The notes beneath the pieces were generated by a model that had not been told where the DNA came from, did no database searches, and worked only from the letters and a program-made list of their open reading frames with translations. The position numbers and the translations under genes are program-made. Shown here in pieces: positions 37,373 through 46,113 of a stretch of 64,000 nt of DNA. Numbering within the stretch: the stretch's first letter is position 1; each line of letters opens with the position of its first letter. The stretch is taken from contig CAVZVA010000002.1 of the NCBI GenBank assembly GCA_963778655.1, positions 384,001 through 448,000 of the forward strand, given 5' to 3'. The DNA comes from an uncultured delta proteobacterium (GTDB lineage: Bacteria; Myxococcota_A; Polyangia; Polyangiales; JAFGIB01).

Positions 37373-39688
37373 TCACAGATTGACCCCGACGTTGCCGAAC
37401 GAGATGCTCGGGCCGACGATCACGGCATAGCGGCTAGCAGTGCTCGCTCCCGAGGGGTGGGTGAGGTCCGCTTCCAGCCACGCATGGAGGTTGACCGACG
37501 CTTGGGTCACGGTGGAGCGATTGGCGATCGGCACACTCAGGCCCAGACCGAGCACGGCGCCGACCTCGGGCTCGGTCGGCTTGCCCGTCGCCGTGATCGG
37601 CGGGCTGGCCAAGCCCAGCACCAGGATTCCGCCCTCGAGGCCCAAGAAGCCCTCATGGCCCTCGGAGTCGAGCCAGGTCAACCGCGAGATCACGCCGAAG
37701 TTGAGCGACAGCAAGCCGCTGTAGTCGCGGGTGCTGAGGCGGTAGAGGCCGGTGGGGATGGTGGTGGTGCCGTACAGGCGCGCGTGGCCGGTGCCCATCA
37801 CCGCGGACCACTGCGCCGCCGGGGCGCCGGTCTTGATGTCCGAAGCACCGATATAGTGCGCCTCGTCGGCTTCCAGCGAGACCCGCACCACGATGCGATC
37901 GAAGGGGTCGACCACCCCGTGGATCCAGGCGTAGCGCGGATCCCGGCCCGCCCGGAAGGTCATCACCTCGGACACGCGGGCGTCGCCGCGCGCGGCGCCG
38001 TCGGGACGCAGCACCTCGATCTCGAACTGCAGCTTCTGCGTGCCGTACTCGGGGGCGAGCCGCTCGCGGTGGAACACCACCCGGCAGGTGTCGCGCAGCG
38101 CAAACGGCAGGTGCGCGGTCACGCCGGGCGTGACGCGCTCGAGCGGGACGGGCCCGCCGCCGCAGAGCAGCTCGATCAGCGGCGAGGAGCCGAACACGGA
38201 TGCGCCGATCGGTGCCGGGATGTTGGCCTCGTGAATGCTCCGCTGCAGCGGATCGGACAGCACCGCCAGGTCGGCGTCGGCCATCGGCCCGGGCAAGCCG
38301 TCCGCGCGCAGGCCGAAGCTGAGCTGGGCAAGGCCGGCCGCATTGGGGTCGCCGCGAATCGTCATCACGTTGCCGTGCGTGTGCCCAACGCTGTACACGC
38401 CTTCAATCGGCAGCAGGGCGAAGTGCAGGTGCTCGCCGGCCGGCGAGACGTGGACCACGGCGGCGCGATTGTTGGGGATGAAGCCTAGATTGGGAAAGCC
38501 CGGCAGCTCGAGCGAGGCGCGCACCGCCGGCGCGCCTCGCGTGGGCGCACGCGCCACGGCCAACGCGATGCCCTCGCCCTCGCCGCGCATCGCGGTGATG
38601 GTGACGCTGTCGTCGTCGACGTCTCCCAGGCGCAGCAGCACGTAGGTCGCTTGTTGATCGTTGGCCGTCTCCAGCACCTTGAGCGGGCTGTGGTCGGTCA
38701 GGAAGCGCAGCGTCGACGGGTCGCGCCCGCAGCGCCCTTCCAACCTGACGATCACCTTGGCCCCGTCGTTGCCGCGCACCGGCGCGCCGGAAACGATCGA
38801 CATCGGGCAGTGCAGCACCGAGAGCTTGACGCTGGGCTGCGCGTCGAGCGCTTCCTGCTTGAGCAGGAACACGTGCGGAAGCAGGCGCAGCTTGACCTCG
38901 AGCGAATTGACCAGGCTCGAGGCGCCGCGCACGGTGAGCTTGCCGTTGGTCATCTCGCACTGCAGCGCGCCGCAATCCGCGGAGGCCACGGTCTCGGGAT
39001 GGATCAGCGGCACCTCGCCCTGACCGGTCGCGAGATCGACCGCCGCCTCGGCAGGCACCAGCCGGGTCAACGTCACCCGCGCGGGCACCAGGGTGAAGCT
39101 GCCGGGCTTGGCCGGGATTCCCTCCGAGTCGTAGTTGACGACGTCGGGGCCGCCGCGGGCGCCGCGCGGAAGCCAGCTGAAGGACGTCACCTTGGGATCG
39201 GCCGAGGCGCCGCGCGCGACCGCCCAGGTGCACCGCTGGCTGCCCCCCTCGGTCGTCGGATCTCGGCACATGTCGCTGCCGTGATCGCCGTCGCTCGACC
39301 ACACCACGCTCACGCCCTGCAGCCGGTGTCCCTTCGCGTCCAGACGCCCGTCGTCGGGCGAAAACACCAGCGAGGCCAGGTCGAAAGCAGGCCAGCGCGC
39401 GGTCGCCACCAGTGTCAGCGTGCTGGTGGTATCGGCGCAGGCGCTCGCGTCGGGCGCGATCTTGAGCACGACCGCCTCGCCGATGGCGTCGGCATCGCTG
39501 GGCGGACGCAGCATGTGCCCGCCGGCCTCCGCGCTCCAGCCGCCGACCGAGGCGTCGCACGCGACCCGGGCATCTCCGAGCGAAATCGGCCTGCCGCCGA
39601 TCGGCGCCTGCAGGGTTTCGGCACGCGCCCCCGACGCGAGCAGGGCGAGCGAGCCCGCACACAGCGCAAAGCACCTAAGAGAAGTCAT
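37373..39688 (-). CDS. Large exported hypothetical protein (Cys-containing beta-rich domains, barrel-like C-terminus)
   Basis: Signal peptide ending ARA; 771 aa with strong codon bias. Confidence 0.75.
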   Translation of the reverse strand: MTSLRCFALCAGSLALLASGARAETLQAPIGGRPISLGDARVACDASVGGWSAEAGGHMLRPPSDADAIGEAVVLKIAPDASACADTTSTLTLVATARWPAFDLASLVFSPDDGRLDAKGHRLQGVSVVWSSDGDHGSDMCRDPTTEGGSQRCTWAVARGASADPKVTSFSWLPRGARGGPDVVNYDSEGIPAKPGSFTLVPARVTLTRLVPAEAAVDLATGQGEVPLIHPETVASADCGALQCEMTNGKLTVRGASSLVNSLEVKLRLLPHVFLLKQEALDAQPSVKLSVLHCPMSIVSGAPVRGNDGAKVIVRLEGRCGRDPSTLRFLTDHSPLKVLETANDQQATYVLLRLGDVDDDSVTITAMRGEGEGIALAVARAPTRGAPAVRASLELPGFPNLGFIPNNRAAVVHVSPAGEHLHFALLPIEGVYSVGHTHGNVMTIRGDPNAAGLAQLSFGLRADGLPGPMADADLAVLSDPLQRSIHEANIPAPIGASVFGSSPLIELLCGGGPVPLERVTPGVTAHLPFALRDTCRVVFHRERLAPEYGTQKLQFEIEVLRPDGAARGDARVSEVMTFRAGRDPRYAWIHGVVDPFDRIVVRVSLEADEAHYIGASDIKTGAPAAQWSAVMGTGHARLYGTTTIPTGLYRLSTRDYSGLLSLNFGVISRLTWLDSEGHEGFLGLEGGILVLGLASPPITATGKPTEPEVGAVLGLGLSVPIANRSTVTQASVNLHAWLEADLTHPSGASTASRYAVIVGPSISFGNVGVNL

Positions 39689-39748
39689 AGCCGCGGTTCG
39701 GCTAGCATGTACCACAACCGGAAACCCGCACGTCCCCGGCAATCCGGG

Positions 39749-39977
39749 GGTGGGGCGGGAGGGTCGCGTGACCCGACGCACTACCTCTCCCAATCACCTG
39801 CGAGCGCAGCGAGCCCCGCAGGTGGGTGGGGCCCCAACGGCTTTGCCGGTGGGGCGGGAGGGTCGCGTGACCCGACGCACTACCTCTCCCAATCACCTGC
39901 GAGCGCAGCGAGCCCCGCAGGTGGGTGGGGCCCCAACGGCTTTGCCGGTGGGGCGGGAGGGTCGCGTGACCCTCCCG
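39749..39977. repeat. Intergenic tandem array A: 99-bp multi-hairpin unit x ~2.3
   Basis: Units start at 39749, 39848 and 39947; the last partial copy ends in the palindrome CGGGAGGGTC-GCGT-GACCCTCCCG. Confidence 0.92.
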
Positions 39978-39984
39978 GTTACAA

Positions 39985-41817
39985 TCAGAAGTGCGCGTGC
40001 ACCCCCACCGCGATCACGTCGAAGTGGGAGCTGTAGCGCCCGGAGTTGACCACGTAGGGCGGCTGGCCGGGTGGATTCGTGCTCACGCTCTGCTGGAGCT
40101 TGGCCGTGGCGTCCGGCGTGCCCTGCGAGGCCGCCTCGAGCGGCGGTGGGACCTCGCCGCGGACGAGAAAGGGCCCGGTCGACTTGTCGATGGCGCCGAC
40201 CTGGCCCACGGGCGCGAGGCACTGAGAGCGATCCATCGTGTTGCCGGCCTGGCAGTCGGAGATCACCGTGCGGTCCTGGTGCGGGGGCGGCGCCGCGATG
40301 ATCGTCTCCTGGAAGATGTGTCCGTAAGAGGCGACGAGGTCGATCGACTTGGCCACGCGGAAGATCACACCACCGCTCAGCCCCACGCGCGAAACCGGGA
40401 AGAAGTCGATCTGCATGTAACTGGGATCGATGCCGCGCGTCTCGTAGTTCACGCCTGCACTGACGCCGACCACGCCGGGCAGCAGGTTGAGCGTGCCGCC
40501 GAGGCTCGCCGTGAGCTGGTTCTTCCAGTGCTTCTCGATCACGGTCTGCGCGGGACCGTCGACCATCGGGACGCTACCCATGGGATCCGCCGCCTTGAAC
40601 ACCAGCTTCTGCTGCGTCGCCGTGGTGCACACCGGAACGGTCGCCCCAGGCCGCGGCGGCTGAAACTCGCACCAGTCGAGAACCTGACTCTGATTGCGCC
40701 CGTTGAGCTCGTAGCCGAGATCGAGCTCGACATCCCAGCGCTCGTCTTGGAGGGCGTCGTGGATGACGTACGCATTCGAGGGATCCGCCTCGTCCGCACC
40801 CGTACCGACGGGCCGCGGCGCGAGGCGATCGGCATAACGTATGCCCGCGCGCAGCTTCCACGGCATGTGCTGCCGCAGCGAATAGATCTTGATGTTCTCG
40901 TTGTTGTACGGCTGCCCGCCGGGAGAGAACTCACCCGTCATCAGGCTGGCCTTGCCGTGGGTGCGCACGTCGTCTTGGTAGTGGAAGGAGAAGACGACAT
41001 CGAGCGCGTCGATCGGCACAAGGTGCGCCGACACCGTGAACGCGGGAACGAACCAGTCCTGCGCCTTGATGCGCGCGACGATGTCGTCGGCGGGAATGGT
41101 TCCGCCCTGCACGCCGGCCATGGTCTGGGTGTTGACGGCGATGATGCCCCACTCCAGCGCTGCGCCCAGCCGCAACCACTTGGCGATGCGATAGCCGGCG
41201 GCGATGTTCGGGAACAGGCCGAGGTTGTTGCTGCTCAGCAGCATGTAGCGCGCGGGGGACGGATAGAGCAGCCCGTCCCGCCCGTGGATGATTCCGTTGG
41301 GCCCGCCCCAGTGACCGCCGGGCGACACTGCCGGAAAGATCAGACCCGCGCCGATGCCCAGCTTCTCCGTCAAGCGGGTGCTCCAGGCGATCTGCGGCAC
41401 CGGCACGACGTTCTGGTCCAGGCACACCGTGTCGAGCGGCGTCGTGTAGTAGGGCTCGTCCGGATTCATCTTGTCGTTGAGGTCGAGCGTGCGGCTCTCT
41501 CCGGTCGCACGGTCCCTCAGCACGCTGCTCTGACCTCCGAGATACAGACCCCAGCCGTAGTATCCCGCCGGCTCGTAGCACGCGTGCATCAAGGCCAGGT
41601 TGAGGTCCACCATGAACTGGGAGCCGCGCAGCTCGGCCAGCCCAGCCGGGTTGTCCGCGATGACCATCGGGTCGGTAGCCTTGGCCGTGACGGCGCCCGC
41701 GCGGCCCAGCGCCGCGGCGCCTTGCCCCTGGTACTCGAGCCCGCCGGCGTGCGCGGCCGAAGCGCGCAACACGAGCAGCGCGATCACGACTGCGGCTGCG
41801 AACGAAGACTGGCGCAT
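39985..41817 (-). CDS. FadL/OmpP1/TodX-family outer-membrane hydrophobic-compound transporter
   Basis: AHA-GGLEY...ALGRAGA...NPAGLAEL N-terminus; C-terminal Phe (VGVHAHF). Confidence 0.8.
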   Translation of the reverse strand: MRQSSFAAAVVIALLVLRASAAHAGGLEYQGQGAAALGRAGAVTAKATDPMVIADNPAGLAELRGSQFMVDLNLALMHACYEPAGYYGWGLYLGGQSSVLRDRATGESRTLDLNDKMNPDEPYYTTPLDTVCLDQNVVPVPQIAWSTRLTEKLGIGAGLIFPAVSPGGHWGGPNGIIHGRDGLLYPSPARYMLLSSNNLGLFPNIAAGYRIAKWLRLGAALEWGIIAVNTQTMAGVQGGTIPADDIVARIKAQDWFVPAFTVSAHLVPIDALDVVFSFHYQDDVRTHGKASLMTGEFSPGGQPYNNENIKIYSLRQHMPWKLRAGIRYADRLAPRPVGTGADEADPSNAYVIHDALQDERWDVELDLGYELNGRNQSQVLDWCEFQPPRPGATVPVCTTATQQKLVFKAADPMGSVPMVDGPAQTVIEKHWKNQLTASLGGTLNLLPGVVGVSAGVNYETRGIDPSYMQIDFFPVSRVGLSGGVIFRVAKSIDLVASYGHIFQETIIAAPPPHQDRTVISDCQAGNTMDRSQCLAPVGQVGAIDKSTGPFLVRGEVPPPLEAASQGTPDATAKLQQSVSTNPPGQPPYVVNSGRYSSHFDVIAVGVHAHF

Positions 41818-41847
41818 CGCTATTTCCGCTTGGCCTCAAGGACGCAA

Positions 41848-41876
41848 AGTGCGGCACCCGTCATAGATGCCGCACT
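41848..41876 (-). terminator. Hairpin copy 1 (AGTGCGGCA...TGCCGCACT)
   Basis: 9-bp perfect arms, extendable by G-U pairs, with a short U tract on the minus strand. Confidence 0.4.
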
Positions 41877-41964
41877 CGCGTTTTTCAAGGGTCGCCTGCG
41901 GCCGAACGTGGGCAGCGGTCGCGCAAGCAAACGTCGAGTAGCCCCTGCCGGCATCGAGAACGCA

Positions 41965-41995
41965 GAGCGCGGCACCCGTCATGGATGCCGCGCTC
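41965..41995 (-). terminator. Hairpin copy 2 (GAGCGCGGCA...TGCCGCGCTC)
   Basis: 10-bp perfect arms, 36 nt after the stop of the 42032 gene; same loop as copy 1. Confidence 0.45.
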
Positions 41996-42031
41996 GACGT
42001 TCGAGCATGCCGTCAGAAGCGCCGGCGCTGC

Positions 42032-43453
42032 TCAAGGGTACGGCGCCATGCGCACGTCGGCGCAGCCGAACGACGCGTTCAGGTCACCGAGGCGCACGAC
42101 CGACGACTGCGGTCCAGCGCTCGGGCTGACATCGAACGCCGCAGCGCCGCTGGTCGCGATGCCCGCAGGCCAGTTCATCGTGGAGGGATCAGGCGGCGCC
42201 GCATCCTTCGCGAGCACGTGCCACTTTGGCACGTTGTCGTCGACGAACTGAGCCTCGGATGCGCCGCAATCGGCTGGCGTGGCGCCCTGGCTGGCGACCG
42301 ACTTGCAGCTGAACGCGCGCGACTCGATCGCGTTGTCGGGTGCCGTGGCATCGCCCTTGCCGCTCGCGCAGTCCGAGCCGATGATGCCCGAGCCGCCCAA
42401 CGTCGATCGCAGGCCGACATGCACCTCGACAGCGCGCGTACCGCCGCCCGCGCCGCAACCTCCGAGGGTGCCGGCGAGCAAGTCGGTAGGCGTGCCGCGA
42501 TAGGTGTACGGCATGTTGTTGCAGCTACAGGTGGCCCCCATGACGGTACCGCCCTGCTTGAGCGTCACGGTGATGCCGGGATTGCCGTCGCCGTCTTGGT
42601 CGGGGAAGCAGTTCTGGCCCATCTGCATGTTGCCCATGTCGTCCATGCACGTGAACGTTCCCGTCTGAGACGAAGTCGGCCACGTGGCGTCGGGCGCCGT
42701 CAGGAAGATGCCGACGAGACCGGAGGCCTTGGCAATCGTGAGGGTATCGCCCGGGTTGAAGCCACTGGTCATGCCGGTGGTATTGAACGTGGGCATCGTG
42801 GGCTTGTCCCAGATCGAATCGTCGATCTGGAGCTGATACGCGTCGCAGGTGACGTCCGCCAGGAACGGTGGCAGCTCAGAGCCGCAAGCGTGGAGCACGC
42901 CCTGGCCGCCCGTGCCGTCGTCGCACACGCCCGTCAGATCGCCCATCAGGTAGATGGTGATCGTGCCGCGGCCCGGATTGATGATGGGCGCCCCCTGGTT
43001 CACCTCGTCCTGCCACCAGGCGTCCATCTGGACGCGTATCGCGTAGATGCCGTCGGCCTTCTCTCGGCAGCTACCGGTCTTGGCCGGGCCGCTGCCGGCG
43101 CAGGTCATGCTGCCGCTGCCGCTGGTGCCACCGCCGCCGCTGCCGCTGGTGCCACCGCTGCCGCTGGTGCCGCCGCCGCCGCCGCCACCGCCGCTGGTGC
43201 CGCCGCCGCCGCCGGTACCGCCGCCGGTGCCGCCGGTCACGCCGCTGCCGCTGCCACCGCCGGTCGCGCCGCCGCCGGTCGCGCCGCCGCCGGTCGCCCC
43301 GCCACCGGTCGCGCCGCCGCCGGTCGTGGCCGCGCCACCCGTGTCGGGGCCGGTGCCGCCCGTGCCAGCACCGTTGCTCGCCTTTTTCGAGCACGCTCCG
43401 GTCAACGCCAGCGCACACGCCAACACGCTAAACCCAAGGAATTTGCTGCTCAT
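42032..43453 (-). CDS. Gly/Thr-rich lipoprotein with a Cys-containing domain and an EF-hand-like DQDGDGNPG loop
   Basis: Lipobox LTGAC; (GGAT)n and (GGGTSG)n linker. Confidence 0.8.
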   Translation of the reverse strand: MSSKFLGFSVLACALALTGACSKKASNGAGTGGTGPDTGGAATTGGGATGGGATGGGATGGGATGGGSGSGVTGGTGGGTGGGGGTSGGGGGGGGTSGSGGTSGSGGGGTSGSGSMTCAGSGPAKTGSCREKADGIYAIRVQMDAWWQDEVNQGAPIINPGRGTITIYLMGDLTGVCDDGTGGQGVLHACGSELPPFLADVTCDAYQLQIDDSIWDKPTMPTFNTTGMTSGFNPGDTLTIAKASGLVGIFLTAPDATWPTSSQTGTFTCMDDMGNMQMGQNCFPDQDGDGNPGITVTLKQGGTVMGATCSCNNMPYTYRGTPTDLLAGTLGGCGAGGGTRAVEVHVGLRSTLGGSGIIGSDCASGKGDATAPDNAIESRAFSCKSVASQGATPADCGASEAQFVDDNVPKWHVLAKDAAPPDPSTMNWPAGIATSGAAAFDVSPSAGPQSSVVRLGDLNASFGCADVRMAPYP

Positions 43454-43603
43454 CGTTACCCAATCTCCCCTGTGGCATTACTGAGCGCCACAGCACCCGG
43501 ACCCTCGTACGAACGCTTTAAGTAGCATTTACGTAAGTGACGGCCAGCGGTTGCCGTGGCTCAAATTTCATCGTGCGCGCGGCGCTCCGAAGCGAGTGCT
43601 CGC

Positions 43604-44470
43604 TCATTCCGGCCGCCACACCGGCAGCACCATGCGGTACGCCACCGTCAGCGTGATCGGCGAAAACAGCAGGTGCAGGCCGTAACCATTCGAGTTGTCG
43701 TAAGTGCCGAAAGTCGAGCCTGGATTGAACAGCAGCTGCACGAAGAACAGGTCGTTGCGGCGGCGAAAGCCCGGCCGGGTAACCAGCGCGAAACCGTAGT
43801 TGATCTGCGTGAAGCGGTTGTCGCCCAGGCCGAAGTTCAGCACCTGCATCATCGGCGCGAAGCCGCCCCAGTCGCGGTGCTTGAGAAACAGCATGATGTC
43901 GGACTTGAACAGCACGCCGCTGTCGTGGACCACGCCCAGACGGTAGTCGAACGAGCGGTCGGGGCTGTCCTCGATCCGCAGCGTGTTGACCGCGTTGAAG
44001 ACCAAGTAGTCGTTGATCGGCAGCGAGAGCGTCGCGCGTCCTTCACCGAAGCCCCAGGTCGCCGTGTCGACCTCGCCGTTGACGAAGCGGTTGCGGCGAT
44101 GGCCGCGCTCGATCGACTCGTCGGGGGCAAAGCCCATATGGCCGAAGTCGCTGCGAAAGCCGCCGCTGGCGCCGAGCGTGAGCACTAGGATCCGCAGCTC
44201 CACGTCGGCTTGCGACTCGTAGAAGGGCACGGTGTACAGCGCATTAGCGCGGAGCGTGAGCTGGTTGGCCTCGCCGTAGATCGGCATCTTGTGCTCGACC
44301 GCGAGCTGCGCGCCCGGGAGCACCAGGTCGACCATGACGTCGGTGCCGTTCTGGGGCGCCGAGATCACCCAGTCGCGGGGCTGGCCGGCTTGGGCGGTGC
44401 CAACCGCAAAGGACAGCAGCAGCGCGAGCGAAGCGGCGGTCGCGGCGAGGGTTCGAGTCAGCACGCGCAT
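43604..44470 (-). CDS. Exported hypothetical protein, probable outer-membrane beta-barrel
   Basis: Signal peptide AQA; amphipathic beta-strand pattern. Confidence 0.7.
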   Translation of the reverse strand: MRVLTRTLAATAASLALLLSFAVGTAQAGQPRDWVISAPQNGTDVMVDLVLPGAQLAVEHKMPIYGEANQLTLRANALYTVPFYESQADVELRILVLTLGASGGFRSDFGHMGFAPDESIERGHRRNRFVNGEVDTATWGFGEGRATLSLPINDYLVFNAVNTLRIEDSPDRSFDYRLGVVHDSGVLFKSDIMLFLKHRDWGGFAPMMQVLNFGLGDNRFTQINYGFALVTRPGFRRRNDLFFVQLLFNPGSTFGTYDNSNGYGLHLLFSPITLTVAYRMVLPVWRPE

Positions 44471-44629
44471 GCGTTCGGCAAGGTGGGCAGGCGAGCCGGG
44501 GACCCGCAGCGCCCGCAGTGGCAGCGGGAGGCTAGACCAGCTCGCGGCCGAAGCAAAGAGGTTACGTACCGAAGTGGGGACGCGAGCGGCCGTTGCAGGG
44601 GACCGACCGCCACCGCCCCACCCCAGCGC

Positions 44630-45106
44630 TCACGCCGCCGGCGTCCCCGGGACCACGGCGCGAGCCTTGAGAAAGGCGATCACCTCGTCGACGTGGCGGG
44701 TGAAGTTGAGCTCGTGTTGAAAGCAGGCCGCGACCCGCCCCTCGGGGTCGATCACGTAGGTGACCCGCTTGGGGCGCTTGAGCAGCGCACGCGCGACGCC
44801 GTACGTGCGGCACAGCTCGCCCTGCTCGTCAGCGAGCAGCGCGAACGGCAGCTGGTGGCTCGCGGCGAACTCGCATTGGGTCGCCTGCGAGTCCATGCTC
44901 ACCCCGACGATGGCGGCCCCCAGCGCCTCGATCTCCGCGGCGTGGTCGCGAAAGCCCTTGCTCTCGATGGTGCAGCCGAAGGTGAACGCCTTCGGATAGA
45001 AGTACAGCACCAGGTAGCGACCGCGGAACGCGTGCAATGAGATCGGTTTGCCGTCCTGTCCGGTAGCGGCAACATCCGGCGCGCGGTCGCCAACGCGAAG
45101 CGTCAT
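44630..45106 (-). CDS. bcp: Peroxiredoxin, BCP/PrxQ family
   Basis: VGDRAPD, LYFYPKAFTFGCTIE, GVSMD and RVTYVIDPEG. Confidence 0.9.
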   Translation of the reverse strand: MTLRVGDRAPDVAATGQDGKPISLHAFRGRYLVLYFYPKAFTFGCTIESKGFRDHAAEIEALGAAIVGVSMDSQATQCEFAASHQLPFALLADEQGELCRTYGVARALLKRPKRVTYVIDPEGRVAACFQHELNFTRHVDEVIAFLKARAVVPGTPAA

Positions 45107-45125
45107 ACCCGCCCACGATAGCGCA

Positions 45126-46113
45126 GCGGGGAGGCGCGTGCCTCCCCGCGTCACTGCGTTCCCCAAGCACGATCCGCTGGGGTGATTCGCGGCTCCGCCG
45201 CGAGAGGGGAGCGCAGCTCCCCTGCGCGTGGGGTGGGGCCCCAACGGATTCACTCCGTTGGGGCGGGGAGGCGCGTGCCTCCCCGCGTCACTGCGTTCCC
45301 CAAGCACGATCCGCTGGGGTGATTCGCGGCTCCGCCGCGAGAGGGGAGCGCAGCTCCCCTGCGCGTGGGGTGGGGCCCCAACGGATTCACTCCGTTGGGG
45401 CGGGGAGGCGCGTGCCTCCCCGCGTCACTGCGTTCCCCAAGCACGATCCGCTGGGGTGATTCGCGGCTCCGCCGCGAGAGGGGAGCGCAGCTCCCCTGCG
45501 CGTGGGGTGGGGCCCCAACGGATTCACTCCGTTGGAGCGGGGAGGCGCGTGCCTCCCCGCGTCACTGCGTTCCCCAAGCACGATCCGCTGGGGTGATTCG
45601 CGGCTCCGCCGCGAGAGGGGAGCGCAGCTCCCCTGCGCGTGGGGTGGGGCCCCAACGGATTCACTCCGTTGGGGCGGGGGAGGCGCGTGCCTCCCCGCGT
45701 CACTGCGTTCCCCAAGCACGATCCGCTGGGGTGATTCGCGGCTCCGCCGCGAGAGGGGAGCGCAGCTCCCCTGCGCGTGGGGTGGGGCCCCAACGGATTC
45801 ACTCCGTTGGGGCGGGGAGGCGCGTGCCTCCCCGCGTCACTGCGTTCCCCAAGCACGATCCGCTGGGGTGATTCGCGGCTCCGCCGCGAGAGGGGAGCGC
45901 AGCTCCCCTGCGCGTGGGGTGGGGCCCCAACGGATTCACTCCGTTGGGGCGGGGAGGCGCGTGCCTCCCCGCGTCACTGCGTTCCCCAAGCACGATCCGC
46001 TGGGGTGATTCGCGGCTCCGCCGCGAGAGGGGAGCGCAGCTCCCCTGCGCGTGGGGTGGGGCCCCAACGGATTCACTCCGTTGGGGCGGGGAGGCGCGTG
46101 CCTCCCCGCGTCA
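45126..46113. repeat. Intergenic tandem array B: 137-bp five-hairpin unit x 7 plus 28 bp
   Basis: Units start at 45126, 45263, 45400, 45537, 45674, 45812, 45949 and 46086 (partial). Only two differences seen: G>A at 45536 and an extra G near 45680. Confidence 0.97.

Noticed and set aside
41840..41880. c-di-GMP-I riboswitch (GGACGCAAAG seen)
   Set aside because: The motif is antisense to the neighbouring genes and the P1/P2 GNRA architecture is absent.
43100..43330. Gly-codon repeats as a separate repeat element (also the Ala-rich repeats at 55170-55280)
   Set aside because: They are in-frame low-complexity protein linkers.
45126..46113. CRISPR array
   Set aside because: Units are identical along their whole length with no unique spacers, and there are no cas genes in the window.
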